Source: a virus (taxonomy: Duplodnaviria > Caudoviricetes). Taken from it: a DNA stretch of 64,000 nt. The first letter of the stretch is position 1; the number at the start of each line of letters is the position of its first letter. The notes under the pieces were generated by a model. The model was given only the letters and a program-made list of their open reading frames with translations. It did not search any database and was not told the DNA's origin. Of this stretch, positions 36,571 to 47,170 are shown piece after piece. The stretch is from IMG/VR virus record IMGVR_UViG_3300028392_002123. One strand, written 5' to 3'. The position numbers were made by a program, and so were the translations under genes.

Positions 36571-39500
36571 TTATACCTTGTACGCGATTGCTTTGACTTT
36601 GAACTTAGTATTTGCGTTTGTTGGTGTTACCAATAGACGTAAATTGCCGCCGGAAATATCAGCGTCAAATGATGCCAATGATGTAGCGGCAGTTGTTATT
36701 AACTGCTGGTCACCTAAGAAAACTACGTTACTAGAGTTATAAGTTACAGTTTCTTGCCATACTTCCTTGTCAGTTGCTGTTTCAACACTGATAATGTAAG
36801 TAACAGATGTATAACCTGAAGCTGAAATACTGTCAAGTACTTGGTTAGCTGTTGTTGCTGTTGCATTTAAGTAAACAACATACTCGTCAGCAATACTTGT
36901 GCTACCTGTTTTGAACGTTGTTACACCACCAATTACAGGAGCAGTCAATGTCTTGTTAGTTAAAGTCTGTGTACCTGTTAGTGTAGTAACTGTAGAGTCG
37001 ATAGCAACTGTTACTGCGGCTGTTTCTGATCCAGAACCAGTTACTGTCATACCTGTACCAGCTGTTACTGTAGCAACATAGTTACCAGTTGTATCAGTAC
37101 CTAGTGTAACTGCATCGCCGGTTACTGTAGCATTCAATGTTACGTTAGCACTACCGTCAATGCTTACGCTACCTGATAAGTCACCACCTAGTGTAATTGT
37201 ACGAGCTGTTGTCCACTTAGTTGCTGTGTCAGCATTACCTGTTAATGCACCAGTAAAGCCTGTTGATGTAACACTTGTTAAACCAGCCAATGTAGTTGCA
37301 CTTGCACCTAAACTGATGTCTGTTGTACCAACAGTTACTTTACTGTTTGTCAAGCTAGTATTACCAATGTTTGATAATGTGTTTGAACTACCACTGATTG
37401 TCTTGTTAGTCAATGTTTGTGTTGCAGTAGTACCGACGATGCTAGTGAATGTTGTACCATCGTTTGTGAACTGCCATGCACTTCCGCTTTCGTTCCAGCG
37501 TAATTGAACCGCAGTACTATCACCACGCATTACTCTGAAGCCGACGTTTTCTGTAGGTGTACCACTTGTTACATCGCTGTTCAAATCAACTAAGTTATCA
37601 GCAATAGCCAAGTTTGTTACATTGATGTTGGCAATAGTACCGCTAACTGTCAAGCTACCGTCTACTGTTAGTGCGCCTGTAACTTTTACATCGTCGTCTA
37701 ATTTAACAATGCCTGAACCAGTACCTGTTAATACTAAGTCTGTGTTATTAGACTTACTTGTCAAGCTGTCAACACCAATTTGGTTACCGAAAGCAATCTT
37801 GTTACCATCGCTTGAAGTAATGTTATTACCAGCATAAACAACCATTGGACCCTTCATGTTTAAGGTACCTGTTCCAGATGGAGCAAATTCGACGTTACCT
37901 GTACCGCTTGTTTGGATGCTGACGTTTTGGTTTATATCGGCAGAAACAACGATGTTGTTGTTTGTTGTTGACAATACTTGTTGGTTGTTAATATATAAAG
38001 AACCTGGACCAACGTATACAGAGTGGAACATCTTTGATGGGCTACCTAAGTTGTACGTGTTATCCACCGTTGGGATAATGTTACCGCTAACAGTTGCACC
38101 ATTGATGTTTGGATTTGTTAAAGTCTTGTTAGTTAAAGTCTGTGTGCCAGTTAATGTAGCAACTGTTGAATCAATTGCCACTGTTACTGCGGCTGAACCG
38201 TTATAACTAGTACCAGTTAAACCTGTACCAATTGTTAACGCATTAGCGGCTTGGGCTGTAACTGTTGTGCTACCACCTAATGCAACAGAAGAACCGTTGA
38301 TTGTAATACTGTTGTTGCTTAGTGAGCTATTTGGAATGCTACTTAAACTAAATGCACCAGTAGAACTGTTATAAGAAATACCTGTACCGGCTGTAACACT
38401 AACTGCACTACGTGCGCGATTTGTAGTAAAATATTGGTTAGTTGAACCTTCTGAAATGTCATCAGTGCCTAATGTACGTGTACCACCTAATGCAACAGAA
38501 GAACCGTTGATTGTAATACTGTTGTTGCTTAGTGAGCTATTTGGAATACTACCTAAACTAAATGCACCAGTAGAGCTGTTATAAGAAATACCAGTTCCGC
38601 TTGTTGCACTCAATGCTGTACGAGCACGAGCTTGTGTAAAATATTGGTTAGTACCTTCTGTTAAATCTGTTGTAGTAACTGCGATTGGATTGTAAACAGA
38701 ACCATCGTTGGTAAATGTCCATTTCTGTGAACCTTCATTCCAACGAATTTGTGTATTTGTACTATCACCACGGTTAACTTCAATACCAGCGTTCTGGGTC
38801 GGTGTACCTGTCCAGTCACTGTTCAAAGTGAGAATGTTGTCAGCAACTGCAACAGTATTTGAATTTACTGTGGTTGTTGTACCGTTAACTGTAAAGTTGC
38901 CAGAAATTACAACACCTGTGTTATCAACTGTAAGAGCAGTAGTACCGTCAACTGTAACTGTTACTACACCAAGACCTGTGTCTGTTACTGTAACATTGGT
39001 GTCACCTTTAGTGATACTTGATGTTGAAATTGCACCAATTGCTGTATCAACATAACCTTTTGTAGCCGCATCAGTGTTTGTGGTAGGTGTTGTTACATTG
39101 ATAATTTTATGATTTTGCATGTCGATAGTGTTAGCAAATAAAATCTTTGTATTTGCACTATCTTTGATTTGTTTAGTACTTGTAATTGTTAAATCACCAG
39201 TAACTGTTGCGGCACCAATGTTTAATGTACCTGTACCTGTTGCTGATAATTGTACGTCTTGGTTAGTTGCACCACCTAAAACCATTGCACCTGTATTTGA
39301 TGTACTTGCAATTGGGCTACCGTTAACATAAATTGTACCTGGACCTACATAAAGGTCTTTCCACTGCTTATCTATACTACCTAATGAATATGTAACATCG
39401 GTCGCTGGAATGACGTTGCCAGTCATACCCAAATTGCCAGTCAATGTTAGGCCAGCAAATGTTGGACTGCCTGATGTAGTTAAATTTTGTGTTGTGCTAA

Positions 39501-39804
39501 TTGCACCAGTACCACTATTATATGTGATACCAGAACCTGCATTGATTGCGCTTCTTGCGCGAGCTTGTGTAAAATATTGGTTGGAACCTTCGCTGATATC
39601 TGTTGTAGATAAAACAACGCTACCAGTTTTTGTATTAACACTGGTTACGCCACCGATTTGAACAACACTAGGTGTGCCGTCGTCTTTTTTGATATAGATC
39701 AAACCGTCATAGGTGTTGATCGCAATTTCGCCTAGAGCTAACTGGCTGGTTGTTGGAACCTTACCAGATTGTGCGCTACGCTTTAGAATAATTGTATTGG
39801 CCAT
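36571..39804 (-). CDS. Large tail fibre/virion protein
   Basis: N-terminal IILKRS..SGKVPT..QL..GEIAINT.DG fibre-type motif; internal repeats; Thr/Ser-rich. Confidence 0.8.
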   Translation of the reverse strand: MANTIILKRSAQSGKVPTTSQLALGEIAINTYDGLIYIKKDDGTPSVVQIGGVTSVNTKTGSVVLSTTDISEGSNQYFTQARARSAINAGSGITYNSGTGAISTTQNLTTSGSPTFAGLTLTGNLGMTGNVIPATDVTYSLGSIDKQWKDLYVGPGTIYVNGSPIASTSNTGAMVLGGATNQDVQLSATGTGTLNIGAATVTGDLTITSTKQIKDSANTKILFANTIDMQNHKIINVTTPTTNTDAATKGYVDTAIGAISTSSITKGDTNVTVTDTGLGVVTVTVDGTTALTVDNTGVVISGNFTVNGTTTTVNSNTVAVADNILTLNSDWTGTPTQNAGIEVNRGDSTNTQIRWNEGSQKWTFTNDGSVYNPIAVTTTDLTEGTNQYFTQARARTALSATSGTGISYNSSTGAFSLGSIPNSSLSNNSITINGSSVALGGTRTLGTDDISEGSTNQYFTTNRARSAVSVTAGTGISYNSSTGAFSLSSIPNSSLSNNSITINGSSVALGGSTTVTAQAANALTIGTGLTGTSYNGSAAVTVAIDSTVATLTGTQTLTNKTLTNPNINGATVSGNIIPTVDNTYNLGSPSKMFHSVYVGPGSLYINNQQVLSTTNNNIVVSADINQNVSIQTSGTGNVEFAPSGTGTLNMKGPMVVYAGNNITSSDGNKIAFGNQIGVDSLTSKSNNTDLVLTGTGSGIVKLDDDVKVTGALTVDGSLTVSGTIANINVTNLAIADNLVDLNSDVTSGTPTENVGFRVMRGDSTAVQLRWNESGSAWQFTNDGTTFTSIVGTTATQTLTNKTISGSSNTLSNIGNTSLTNSKVTVGTTDISLGASATTLAGLTSVTSTGFTGALTGNADTATKWTTARTITLGGDLSGSVSIDGSANVTLNATVTGDAVTLGTDTTGNYVATVTAGTGMTVTGSGSETAAVTVAIDSTVTTLTGTQTLTNKTLTAPVIGGVTTFKTGSTSIADEYVVYLNATATTANQVLDSISASGYTSVTYIISVETATDKEVWQETVTYNSSNVVFLGDQQLITTAATSLASFDADISGGNLRLLVTPTNANTKFKVKAIAYKV
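38275..38592. repeat. Near-identical ~110 nt direct repeat inside the fibre gene, 210 nt apart
   Basis: Both copies encode GISYNSSTGAFSL.SIPNSSLSNNSITINGSSVALGG. Confidence 0.85.
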
Positions 39805-39896
39805 TTGAGTATATACCCCTCTTGAATTTTTAGAACGATCGATTTCTAATATTCTCGAAAGTATTTATCAAATTTTGGCTTTACTCTACTAAAACA

Positions 39897-40397
39897 CTAG
39901 AATTCGCCGCCATCAAGGTTGATATCTACAGCAGTTATATTATCAACTTCGCCTGTTTCATCTAGGGTTATCATCAAAGTTTTATTAGCTGAACCATAAG
40001 AACCACTAATATCAGTGGTACCTATTCGGTTTTCTTTGGCAAATGTTAAACCAGTTATTCCAGGAGTTATCACTCCCTGTGTTATTAAAGTCCAAGTTGT
40101 TTGTGAAAAAGTATTACCTTCTTCAACATACACTTTATTTCCTGAACTCAATTCAAAAATACTATCGGCATCTTCTGACCTTTTTAACCTACGAGTAGCC
40201 GATGACCACGAATATATGCCATTTTCTGCAGATGAATTTTGGCCTAGCAATAAAATTCTATCTTTATCACTTAAAGTGATGCCATCTATTATAGTCACAG
40301 TACCGCTAACACCAACATTAGAACGTGTGGCTACCCGAACACTATCTTTATAGTCAGAAACAGCACTGACAAAATTTTTACCTCTGAATATTGGCAT
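39897..40397 (-). CDS. Fibre-associated virion protein
   Basis: KDSVRVAT...IDGITL...DRILL..Q...ENGIY motif; TATAAATA upstream. Confidence 0.72.
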   Translation of the reverse strand: MPIFRGKNFVSAVSDYKDSVRVATRSNVGVSGTVTIIDGITLSDKDRILLLGQNSSAENGIYSWSSATRRLKRSEDADSIFELSSGNKVYVEEGNTFSQTTWTLITQGVITPGITGLTFAKENRIGTTDISGSYGSANKTLMITLDETGEVDNITAVDINLDGGEF

Positions 40398-40445
40398 CTT
40401 TAAACCTAAACTGTAATAGTTATATTTATATCAAAACGAAAATAA

Positions 40446-40470
40446 GAAAAGGTACGTTTCCGTACCTTTC
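40446..40470 (-). terminator. Intrinsic terminator
   Basis: GAAAGGTACG-GAAA-CGTACCTTTTC. Confidence 0.75.
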
Positions 40471-40494
40471 CTATAAATTAATCAATTAAATTGA

Positions 40495-43400
40495 TTAATA
40501 TGTACCACCATCGATGTTACTTCCTTCATTTAGAACGCCGCCAGCACTTAGAGTGTTAGAAGCAACTACGCGAACGAAGATATAATCGTTGACTTCCGGA
40601 GCTGTGTCAAACACAATACTTGTTACACTACTAACTGTGTTAATTGTGTAAGAGTATGTAGGTGCTTGAATCAAACCGTTAATATACACTTGCGTGTTAT
40701 CAATACTAGTAACTTCGACACCAGTACTGAAGCTAGCTGTTGTACCATCACCAGTAAAGTTCATTGAACTCGCTTGAACAGCAATGTTCTGCGGTACAAA
40801 TTTACCTAAGAAACTGTTCCAAACTAGTGTGTAACCGTCTTGTAGTGCTTGTACTTTATCTACGTCATTCAAATCACGAATACTTGCGGCTGCAATACGT
40901 GCATCTGCACGACTGTCAGTGTAGTATAGATTTGTTAGACCTTCACTGATAGCATCTGTAGTTGGTGTAACAAATGTAAATGTACCAGTACCAGTAGCAT
41001 AACTTAAGATGTTAGAATCGTCAGTTACTAAGGTAATTGCACTTTGAGCACGAGTATTTGTAAAATACAAGTTTGTCGAACCCTCTGTTACATCATCTGT
41101 ACCTAATACAACATCATGTGTTTGACCATTTACTGACCAAACAGCAGCCTGTGTACTAACGATACCAGTTGCTGGATCATAGTCGATATTTGCACCATTG
41201 CTTATGCTAGCGCGAGCGCGAGCTGTTGTAAAGTATAAGTTTGTTAGACCTTCAGCAATTTCATCTGTGTTGATGTTAGCCAATGTAAAGTGGAAGTTAC
41301 CAGTTGTATTATCATAGCTCATTGCATCTGTGTTATCAGTTGTTAAGCTGATAGCAGTACGAGCACGGCTGTCTAAATAATACTTGTTAGTAGTACCTTC
41401 TGTTACATCATCAGTACTTGGAGCACTAATAGTGATAACACCGCTGGTACTATCATAGCTTAGGTTACTCCAACCACTTGAACTAATGCTATTACGAGCA
41501 CGAGCTTGTGTAAAGTATTGATTTATCATACCTTCAGCTACATCATCTGTAGTCATACCAGCTAAGTCAAATGTAAACACACCGCTAGTATTATCATAGC
41601 TTAGTGTGTTTAAGTTACTTGATACTAAACTGACTGCATTACGAGCACGACTGTCTGTGAAGTACAAGTTTGTTGTACCTTCGCTGACATCATCAGTGCT
41701 AAAAGTAATTGAATCGCCTAATGAAACAGGAGCACCTAAAATAGTAATTGAACTATTAGTCAATGAACTGTTTGGAATATTAGCTAGACTGAATACACCA
41801 GTTGCACTATCATATGCGGCACCTGTTGATGTGTTAGCACTGAAGTGAGCACGTACTTCAGAATCATTTGGACCTGTGTATGTGAATATGCCAGTTGCAC
41901 TATCATAAGCAAAGTTGCCGTCGCCGCTTGCTTTAACTGCACTGAAGTGAGCACGTACTTCAGAGTCACTTGGACCTGTGTATGTAAATGCACCAGTTGC
42001 ACTATCATAGCTAAATGAACCATCACCGCCTGCATCAATAGCACTGAAGTGAGCACGTACTTCAGAGTCACTTGGACCTGTGTAGCTGAATACGCCAGTT
42101 GTACTGTCATAGGCAAAGTTGCCGTCACCGCTAACCTTATTTGCACTTACTGCTCGACGATAATCAGCACTATCTGGACCTGTATAACTGTATGTACCAG
42201 TTGCACTATCATAGCTGAAATTACCATCACCGCTGATCTTAGTTGCACTTAGTTCACCGCGGATATCTGCACTTGTCACTTTGGCAAATGTAAATTTACC
42301 AGTTGTATTATCATAGCTTAAAGTGCCATGACCAGTACCACTGTTATCTGCACTTAGAGCACTACGTACACGAGCATCTGTGAAGTACAAGTTTGTTGTA
42401 CCTTCGCTGACATCATCGGTTGTATGATTGCTTAGATCGCTGACTTGACCTGTTACGTTACCAGTTAAATTACCTGTAACATTACCTGTAACATCACCAG
42501 TCAATGGGCCAGTAAATGCTGTTGCAGTTAATGTACCTGTCATTGAATTAAATGTTAGACCGGAAGCGTCAGATAATTCACCATCTGTGCCAGCAAATAC
42601 AACACGACCAGCTGTTAAAGCTGTGTCTTTCAATTGTGTAAACTTACCAGCGGCTGGTGTTGTTTGACCAATTGGAGTATTATCAATAGCACCAAATTGA
42701 GCAGATCCACTTGTACCGAAGTCACCGTTTACATACAAGCCTTTGTTAGTTTCCCAACGATCGGCACCTGATACATAGTTGAATGTTGCATTAGCACCAT
42801 CAATAGTTAAACCAGCTCCGTTGGCTTGAGCGGCACTTGCGGCGCCTTTGGCCAATGTCAAGTTCAAGTCATTGATTTCAACAGTAGTTGACTGAATAGC
42901 AGTCATTGTACCTAACACAGTTAAGTCACCGCTGACTGTTACATCGTTGAATGTAACATTGCTTGTTGTGCTAACATCTTGACCGATTGCAATAACACCA
43001 GTAGAACTTGTGTATGTTACACCAGTACCACCACTTAGCGTATTACGAGCACGAGTTTCTGTGAAATATTGCGTACCGCTGGTTGCTGTTGCCATTGGAT
43101 CTTCAGCTAGGTCAGCTGTAGTCTTTGCGGCAAATGCTGTGTCAAAACGTGACTGTGTGTAGTATAAATTGTTTGTACCTTCAGCAACATCATTAGTTGT
43201 TTTACCAGCTAATGCTGTGTCAAAACGTGCTTGAGTCCAGTACAAGTTCATTGTACCTTCGTTGATATCATCAGTGACTAAATTATAGCTACCGCCCAAT
43301 GAAATATCATGTGAGTTAACTGTGATCTTGCTGTTTGTCAAACTTGCATTTGGAATATTAGCTAAACTAATAATACCTGTTGCGCTGTCATAACTTACAC

Positions 43401-45378
43401 CAGTTGCACTTGTTGCACTGATATCACCACGAACATCACTAGCCGTAACTTTAGCGTATGTATATGCACCAGTTGTTGGATCATATGTCAAATCGCCATG
43501 GCCTGTACCAGTTGTTGCGGCACTTAGGTTACTGCGAACATCAGATGCTGTAACTTTGGCAAATGTGAATACACCAGTTGTATTGTCGTAGGTTAAATCG
43601 CCAAAACCAATACCACTTGTTGCGGCACTGAAGTGTAAACGAACTTCTGCGGCACTTGGACCAGTATATGTGAAAGTACCAGTTGCGCTGTCATAGGCAA
43701 GGTTACCGTCGCCACTGGCTTTGTATGCACTTACAGCTTGACGATAGTTAGTATTTGTTGGACCATCATATGTGAATACACCAGTTATGCTACTATATTG
43801 TAGATTACCATCGCCACTGTTGGCTAAGGCGCTTACAGCTTGACGATAGTCTACAGAAGTTGGACCTGTATAGCTGAATACACCCATAGTGTTATCATAT
43901 GTAAAGTCGCCGTCGCCGCTAACTTTAGTTGCACTTACTGAGTTTTGAGCACGAGTTGTTGTAAAGTATAAGTTTGTTGCACCTTCTGTTACATCATCTG
44001 TACTTGGAGCTGATATTGCAATAATACCAGTTGCGTTATTATAACTTAGATTGCTCCAACCGCTTGCACTGATACTGTCACGAGCACGAGCTGTTGTAAA
44101 GTATAAGTTTGTACGACCTTCTGCAACGTCATCCGTTGTTTGACTACCCAAGCTGAATGTGAATACACCGCTGGTAGGATCATATGATAATACGCTGTTG
44201 TTGTCAGTGGTTAAACTAACAGCATTTCTTGCGCGAGCATTTGTAAAGTATAGGTTCATTGAACCTTCGTTTACACCATCAGTTGTTGGTGTAGAATAAC
44301 TGAAATTACCAGTCAAGTCGTTGTAGCTGATATCGCCACTTGCGCTTACTGCGGCACGAACGCGAGCGTCTGTGTAATACAAATTAACTGCGCCTTCGCT
44401 GATAGCGTCTGTGCTTGGTGTAACAAATGTAATTACGCCTGTGCCAGTGCTATAACTTAAAATGTTTGAATTGTCAGTGGTTACACTAACTGCACTACGA
44501 GCACGAGCATCAGTATAGTATAGGTTCATTGAACCTTCATCAATATTGTCTGTGTCTAATACAACATCGTGTGTTTGACCGTTTACTGACCAAACAGCGG
44601 CCTGTGTACTAATAACACCAGTTGCTGAATCATAGTCAATGTTTGCACCGTTGCTTACACTATTACGAGCACGAGCTGTTGTAAAATATTGATTTGTTAG
44701 GCCTTCTACAATTTTATCAGTGCTTGGAGTTGTAAATGTAAATTCACCTGTCTGTGAGCTGTATGATATAATTGTGTTATCATCGCTGTTAAGACTGATA
44801 CTTTGACGAGCACGGCTTTGACTAAAATATAAATTTGTAGTACCTTCTAAGATACCATCACTAGTTGGATGATTATAAGTTAATATACCTGTTGTTTGGT
44901 CATAGCTTAAAACAGTGGTGTTATCACTGAATAAACTCCAGGCGCCGCGTACACGAGCGTCTGTGTAGTACAAGTTAGTTGTGCCTTCAGGAACATCATC
45001 TGTACTATAAATCATCTGTGCGTTGATAGCACTATCAACATATTGCTTTGTTACCGCACCTAAATTCGTAATTGGATCACCGGAAAGTGTTAACTCACCG
45101 GTCATTGCTTGACTACCGTCTTTTGGTAGTTTTGTTGCAAGACTTGTAGCAATCGTAGTTGCAAAATTTGGATCGTTTGCAATAGCGGCTGCTAATTCAT
45201 TTAAGGTGTTTAGCAAATCTGGTGAACTATCGATTAACTCGGCAATAGCTGTACGAACGAATGATGTACTGGCTAGTTGATTTGTATTAACCGTTTGTTC
45301 TGCTGTAGGAGCCGTTGGCTGCCCTCTTAGGTCTACGCTGTCGATAATCGAACTGGACCTTGCTTTAATTAATGGCAT
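40495..45378 (-). CDS. Very large repetitive tail fibre-like protein (1627 aa)
   Basis: N-terminal LNTLNELAAAIANDPNFAT fibre motif; about 18 TDDVxEGxxNLYFTxARAR repeats and multiple SGDGNFxYDSxTGxFxYTGP repeats. Confidence 0.85.
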   Translation of the reverse strand: MPLIKARSSSIIDSVDLRGQPTAPTAEQTVNTNQLASTSFVRTAIAELIDSSPDLLNTLNELAAAIANDPNFATTIATSLATKLPKDGSQAMTGELTLSGDPITNLGAVTKQYVDSAINAQMIYSTDDVPEGTTNLYYTDARVRGAWSLFSDNTTVLSYDQTTGILTYNHPTSDGILEGTTNLYFSQSRARQSISLNSDDNTIISYSSQTGEFTFTTPSTDKIVEGLTNQYFTTARARNSVSNGANIDYDSATGVISTQAAVWSVNGQTHDVVLDTDNIDEGSMNLYYTDARARSAVSVTTDNSNILSYSTGTGVITFVTPSTDAISEGAVNLYYTDARVRAAVSASGDISYNDLTGNFSYSTPTTDGVNEGSMNLYFTNARARNAVSLTTDNNSVLSYDPTSGVFTFSLGSQTTDDVAEGRTNLYFTTARARDSISASGWSNLSYNNATGIIAISAPSTDDVTEGATNLYFTTTRAQNSVSATKVSGDGDFTYDNTMGVFSYTGPTSVDYRQAVSALANSGDGNLQYSSITGVFTYDGPTNTNYRQAVSAYKASGDGNLAYDSATGTFTYTGPSAAEVRLHFSAATSGIGFGDLTYDNTTGVFTFAKVTASDVRSNLSAATTGTGHGDLTYDPTTGAYTYAKVTASDVRGDISATSATGVSYDSATGIISLANIPNASLTNSKITVNSHDISLGGSYNLVTDDINEGTMNLYWTQARFDTALAGKTTNDVAEGTNNLYYTQSRFDTAFAAKTTADLAEDPMATATSGTQYFTETRARNTLSGGTGVTYTSSTGVIAIGQDVSTTSNVTFNDVTVSGDLTVLGTMTAIQSTTVEINDLNLTLAKGAASAAQANGAGLTIDGANATFNYVSGADRWETNKGLYVNGDFGTSGSAQFGAIDNTPIGQTTPAAGKFTQLKDTALTAGRVVFAGTDGELSDASGLTFNSMTGTLTATAFTGPLTGDVTGNVTGNLTGNVTGQVSDLSNHTTDDVSEGTTNLYFTDARVRSALSADNSGTGHGTLSYDNTTGKFTFAKVTSADIRGELSATKISGDGNFSYDSATGTYSYTGPDSADYRRAVSANKVSGDGNFAYDSTTGVFSYTGPSDSEVRAHFSAIDAGGDGSFSYDSATGAFTYTGPSDSEVRAHFSAVKASGDGNFAYDSATGIFTYTGPNDSEVRAHFSANTSTGAAYDSATGVFSLANIPNSSLTNSSITILGAPVSLGDSITFSTDDVSEGTTNLYFTDSRARNAVSLVSSNLNTLSYDNTSGVFTFDLAGMTTDDVAEGMINQYFTQARARNSISSSGWSNLSYDSTSGVITISAPSTDDVTEGTTNKYYLDSRARTAISLTTDNTDAMSYDNTTGNFHFTLANINTDEIAEGLTNLYFTTARARASISNGANIDYDPATGIVSTQAAVWSVNGQTHDVVLGTDDVTEGSTNLYFTNTRAQSAITLVTDDSNILSYATGTGTFTFVTPTTDAISEGLTNLYYTDSRADARIAAASIRDLNDVDKVQALQDGYTLVWNSFLGKFVPQNIAVQASSMNFTGDGTTASFSTGVEVTSIDNTQVYINGLIQAPTYSYTINTVSSVTSIVFDTAPEVNDYIFVRVVASNTLSAGGVLNEGSNIDGGTY

Positions 45379-45412
45379 TTTTTTATCCTCTTTATTGAAT
45401 TTCTAATGAAAT

Positions 45413-45619
45413 TCAGCTAGCATTGTTTTTGTCTATGCTAACAGACTTTGCTAGTTCCGCCAAAGTATTTAAAAGTACCGGGGCCGAACCAACTAAGTTA
45501 CTAATCTCTTGTTGAACCATTTGAGTAGTAGCTATATAAGATAATTCAGCCGCGGTTGGTATTCCCTTTAAATCTATACTATCACTTAGTGAACTTGATT
45601 TAAGTTTTATCAATGGCAT
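45413..45619 (-). CDS. 68-aa truncated paralogue of the N-terminus of the 1627-aa fibre
   Basis: MPLIKLKSSSLSDSIDLKGIPTA versus MPLIKARSSSIIDSVDLRGQPTA; intact SD AGGAG. Confidence 0.7.
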   Translation of the reverse strand: MPLIKLKSSSLSDSIDLKGIPTAAELSYIATTQMVQQEISNLVGSAPVLLNTLAELAKSVSIDKNNAS

Positions 45620-45671
45620 CTTTATTATCTCCTGGCATTTTTAAGTTTGGTGCCGCCAACTGTGAGAATAA

Positions 45672-46829
45672 TCATATAACTAACAACCAGTAGTTTTTCG
45701 TTATTTCAACGCTACCGTTGCTAGCAGTTACAGTAATTTCATATCGACTAGGACTGCTGTTTCTAGGAGCAGTACCTACGATACTAGTTCCACTGATAGT
45801 TAACCAACTAATAGTGGATTCACCTGCATAAGCAGGGCTTATTATTATACTTGTAGCATTATTTACCGCAAGTCTAAAATTTATTGCTTCTCCGGATCTA
45901 AAACGCCCTATATAGGTATTAGAGTCTGTCCATTTTGGCTTAGAAGAATTAAGATTAATTAAATTTTTATATGTATATTCATTACCGCTAACATCTAATA
46001 AAGTTAGATCTTGAGGAATATTCCAAAAAGAACTGTTAGCATTAATAGTGTTTGTTTCAATCATTAGTTGAAGAATGCTATCACTGGGGTAATCTATTCT
46101 AGTGATATTTTGATTTCCGATTCTAACTCCTGTACCATAAGCAATGTCTGTGGCTACTATAGATATAGTAGTATAATTACTGATTGTGCTATAACTTATA
46201 GAAGTTATTTTAGGTCTAGGTCTATCGCTGGTTGTATTACTGCGTAAAATTCTTATTTGAATTCTATCACCTATAGCAGGTGCTTCATCAAAGGCTACAA
46301 TATTTCCATTAATAATAGTATAACTATAATAAGGTTCTTGATTGATACCGTTTATAGTTACAACTAGATTATTTGGACTACTAACAGTATTCTGTATGTC
46401 AAATTCTAACGTAGTACCATCTCCGGTGAATAATCTTGTAATAGGTGTTAAAGAATTAATCTGACTTCTAAATTTACCAAAGGTACTGTCATAGACTAAT
46501 ACTTCACCTGTTACCGGAGAAGTAACAGTGACGTCAGTGAGACTGTTTAATTGTAAATTACTGATTGTATTAGTAAGGTTACTATTTTCATTTGACAGTT
46601 GTGTGTCAACATAATCTTTGTTTACTATAATTTGCCATGTTGCACCATCATAGTATTCTGGATTTGCAACACCGGTATCGCCTAAATATCTAATCAAGCC
46701 TGCACTTGCAATTGCCGGGCGGTTTGTTAAATTTCCAGTGGGAAGTTTTAGTGCTCCAGTGGCGTTAACAGTTAATACACCAGAATCTGGTGTAAGGCTT
46801 TCTGCAGAATGATTTACTTTAATGGACAT
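45672..46829 (-). CDS. Virion structural protein with C-terminal Ig-like domain
   Basis: FTGDG...F, V.INGINQEP..Y, WLTISGTSIVGTAP...YEITVTASNG; GATAAATA upstream. Confidence 0.72.
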   Translation of the reverse strand: MSIKVNHSAESLTPDSGVLTVNATGALKLPTGNLTNRPAIASAGLIRYLGDTGVANPEYYDGATWQIIVNKDYVDTQLSNENSNLTNTISNLQLNSLTDVTVTSPVTGEVLVYDSTFGKFRSQINSLTPITRLFTGDGTTLEFDIQNTVSSPNNLVVTINGINQEPYYSYTIINGNIVAFDEAPAIGDRIQIRILRSNTTSDRPRPKITSISYSTISNYTTISIVATDIAYGTGVRIGNQNITRIDYPSDSILQLMIETNTINANSSFWNIPQDLTLLDVSGNEYTYKNLINLNSSKPKWTDSNTYIGRFRSGEAINFRLAVNNATSIIISPAYAGESTISWLTISGTSIVGTAPRNSSPSRYEITVTASNGSVEITKNYWLLVI

Positions 46830-46869
46830 GAGTTAACCTTATTTCAATTATTTATCAAAATCTAAGATC

Positions 46870-47103
46870 TTAACTCTTGTCCCATAGTTTTAAAATTGAT
46901 TCTTCAAGTTGATTAATGATACTGTCTCCGGGATCTGACCTGCCCCATTTACCCATTGGGCATTCAGTTTCTGCAAACAATGCCTTGGCCGGCATATAAC
47001 ATTTACATTCATTACAAGTTTTTAATTTGTTTATAAAAGATTCACAGCTATAACATATTGTTAATCTTTGTTCTTTAATTGATTCATCGACTGTGGCAAA
47101 CAT
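46870..47103 (-). CDS. Small Cys-rich protein (DUF6171-like)
   Basis: RLTICYSC...CNECKCYM..K......CPMGKW; start reassigned to 47103, 5 nt after TATAAATA. Confidence 0.72.
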   Translation of the reverse strand: MFATVDESIKEQRLTICYSCESFINKLKTCNECKCYMPAKALFAETECPMGKWGRSDPGDSIINQLEESILKLWDKS

Positions 47104-47120
47104 AGTAATATTTATAAATG

Positions 47121-47146
47121 GAAAAGGACTCCGAAGAGTCCTTTTC
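47121..47146 (-). terminator. cUUCGg terminator after the major capsid gene
   Basis: GAAAAGGACTC-TTCG-GAGTCCTTTTC perfect 11-bp stem. Confidence 0.9.
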
Positions 47147-47170
47147 ATACAAGTTGTTAAACTTCCTAGA

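Noticed and set aside
38275-38592. Repeat pair as a diversity-generating retroelement TR/VR
   Set aside because: Both copies are in-frame within one gene, differences are not adenine-specific, and no reverse transcriptase is in the window.
35331-39661. Many Val/Pro/Ala-rich plus-strand ORFs over the fibre genes (similar ones lie over the tape-measure gene)
   Set aside because: Reverse-complement read-through of Thr/Gly/Ser codons, which seldom creates stops; no independent signals.
41830-42100. Regularly spaced DNA repeats as a CRISPR- or TIGR-like array
   Set aside because: In-frame protein repeats (108-nt period) with similar intervening sequence; no unique spacers, leader or effector gene.
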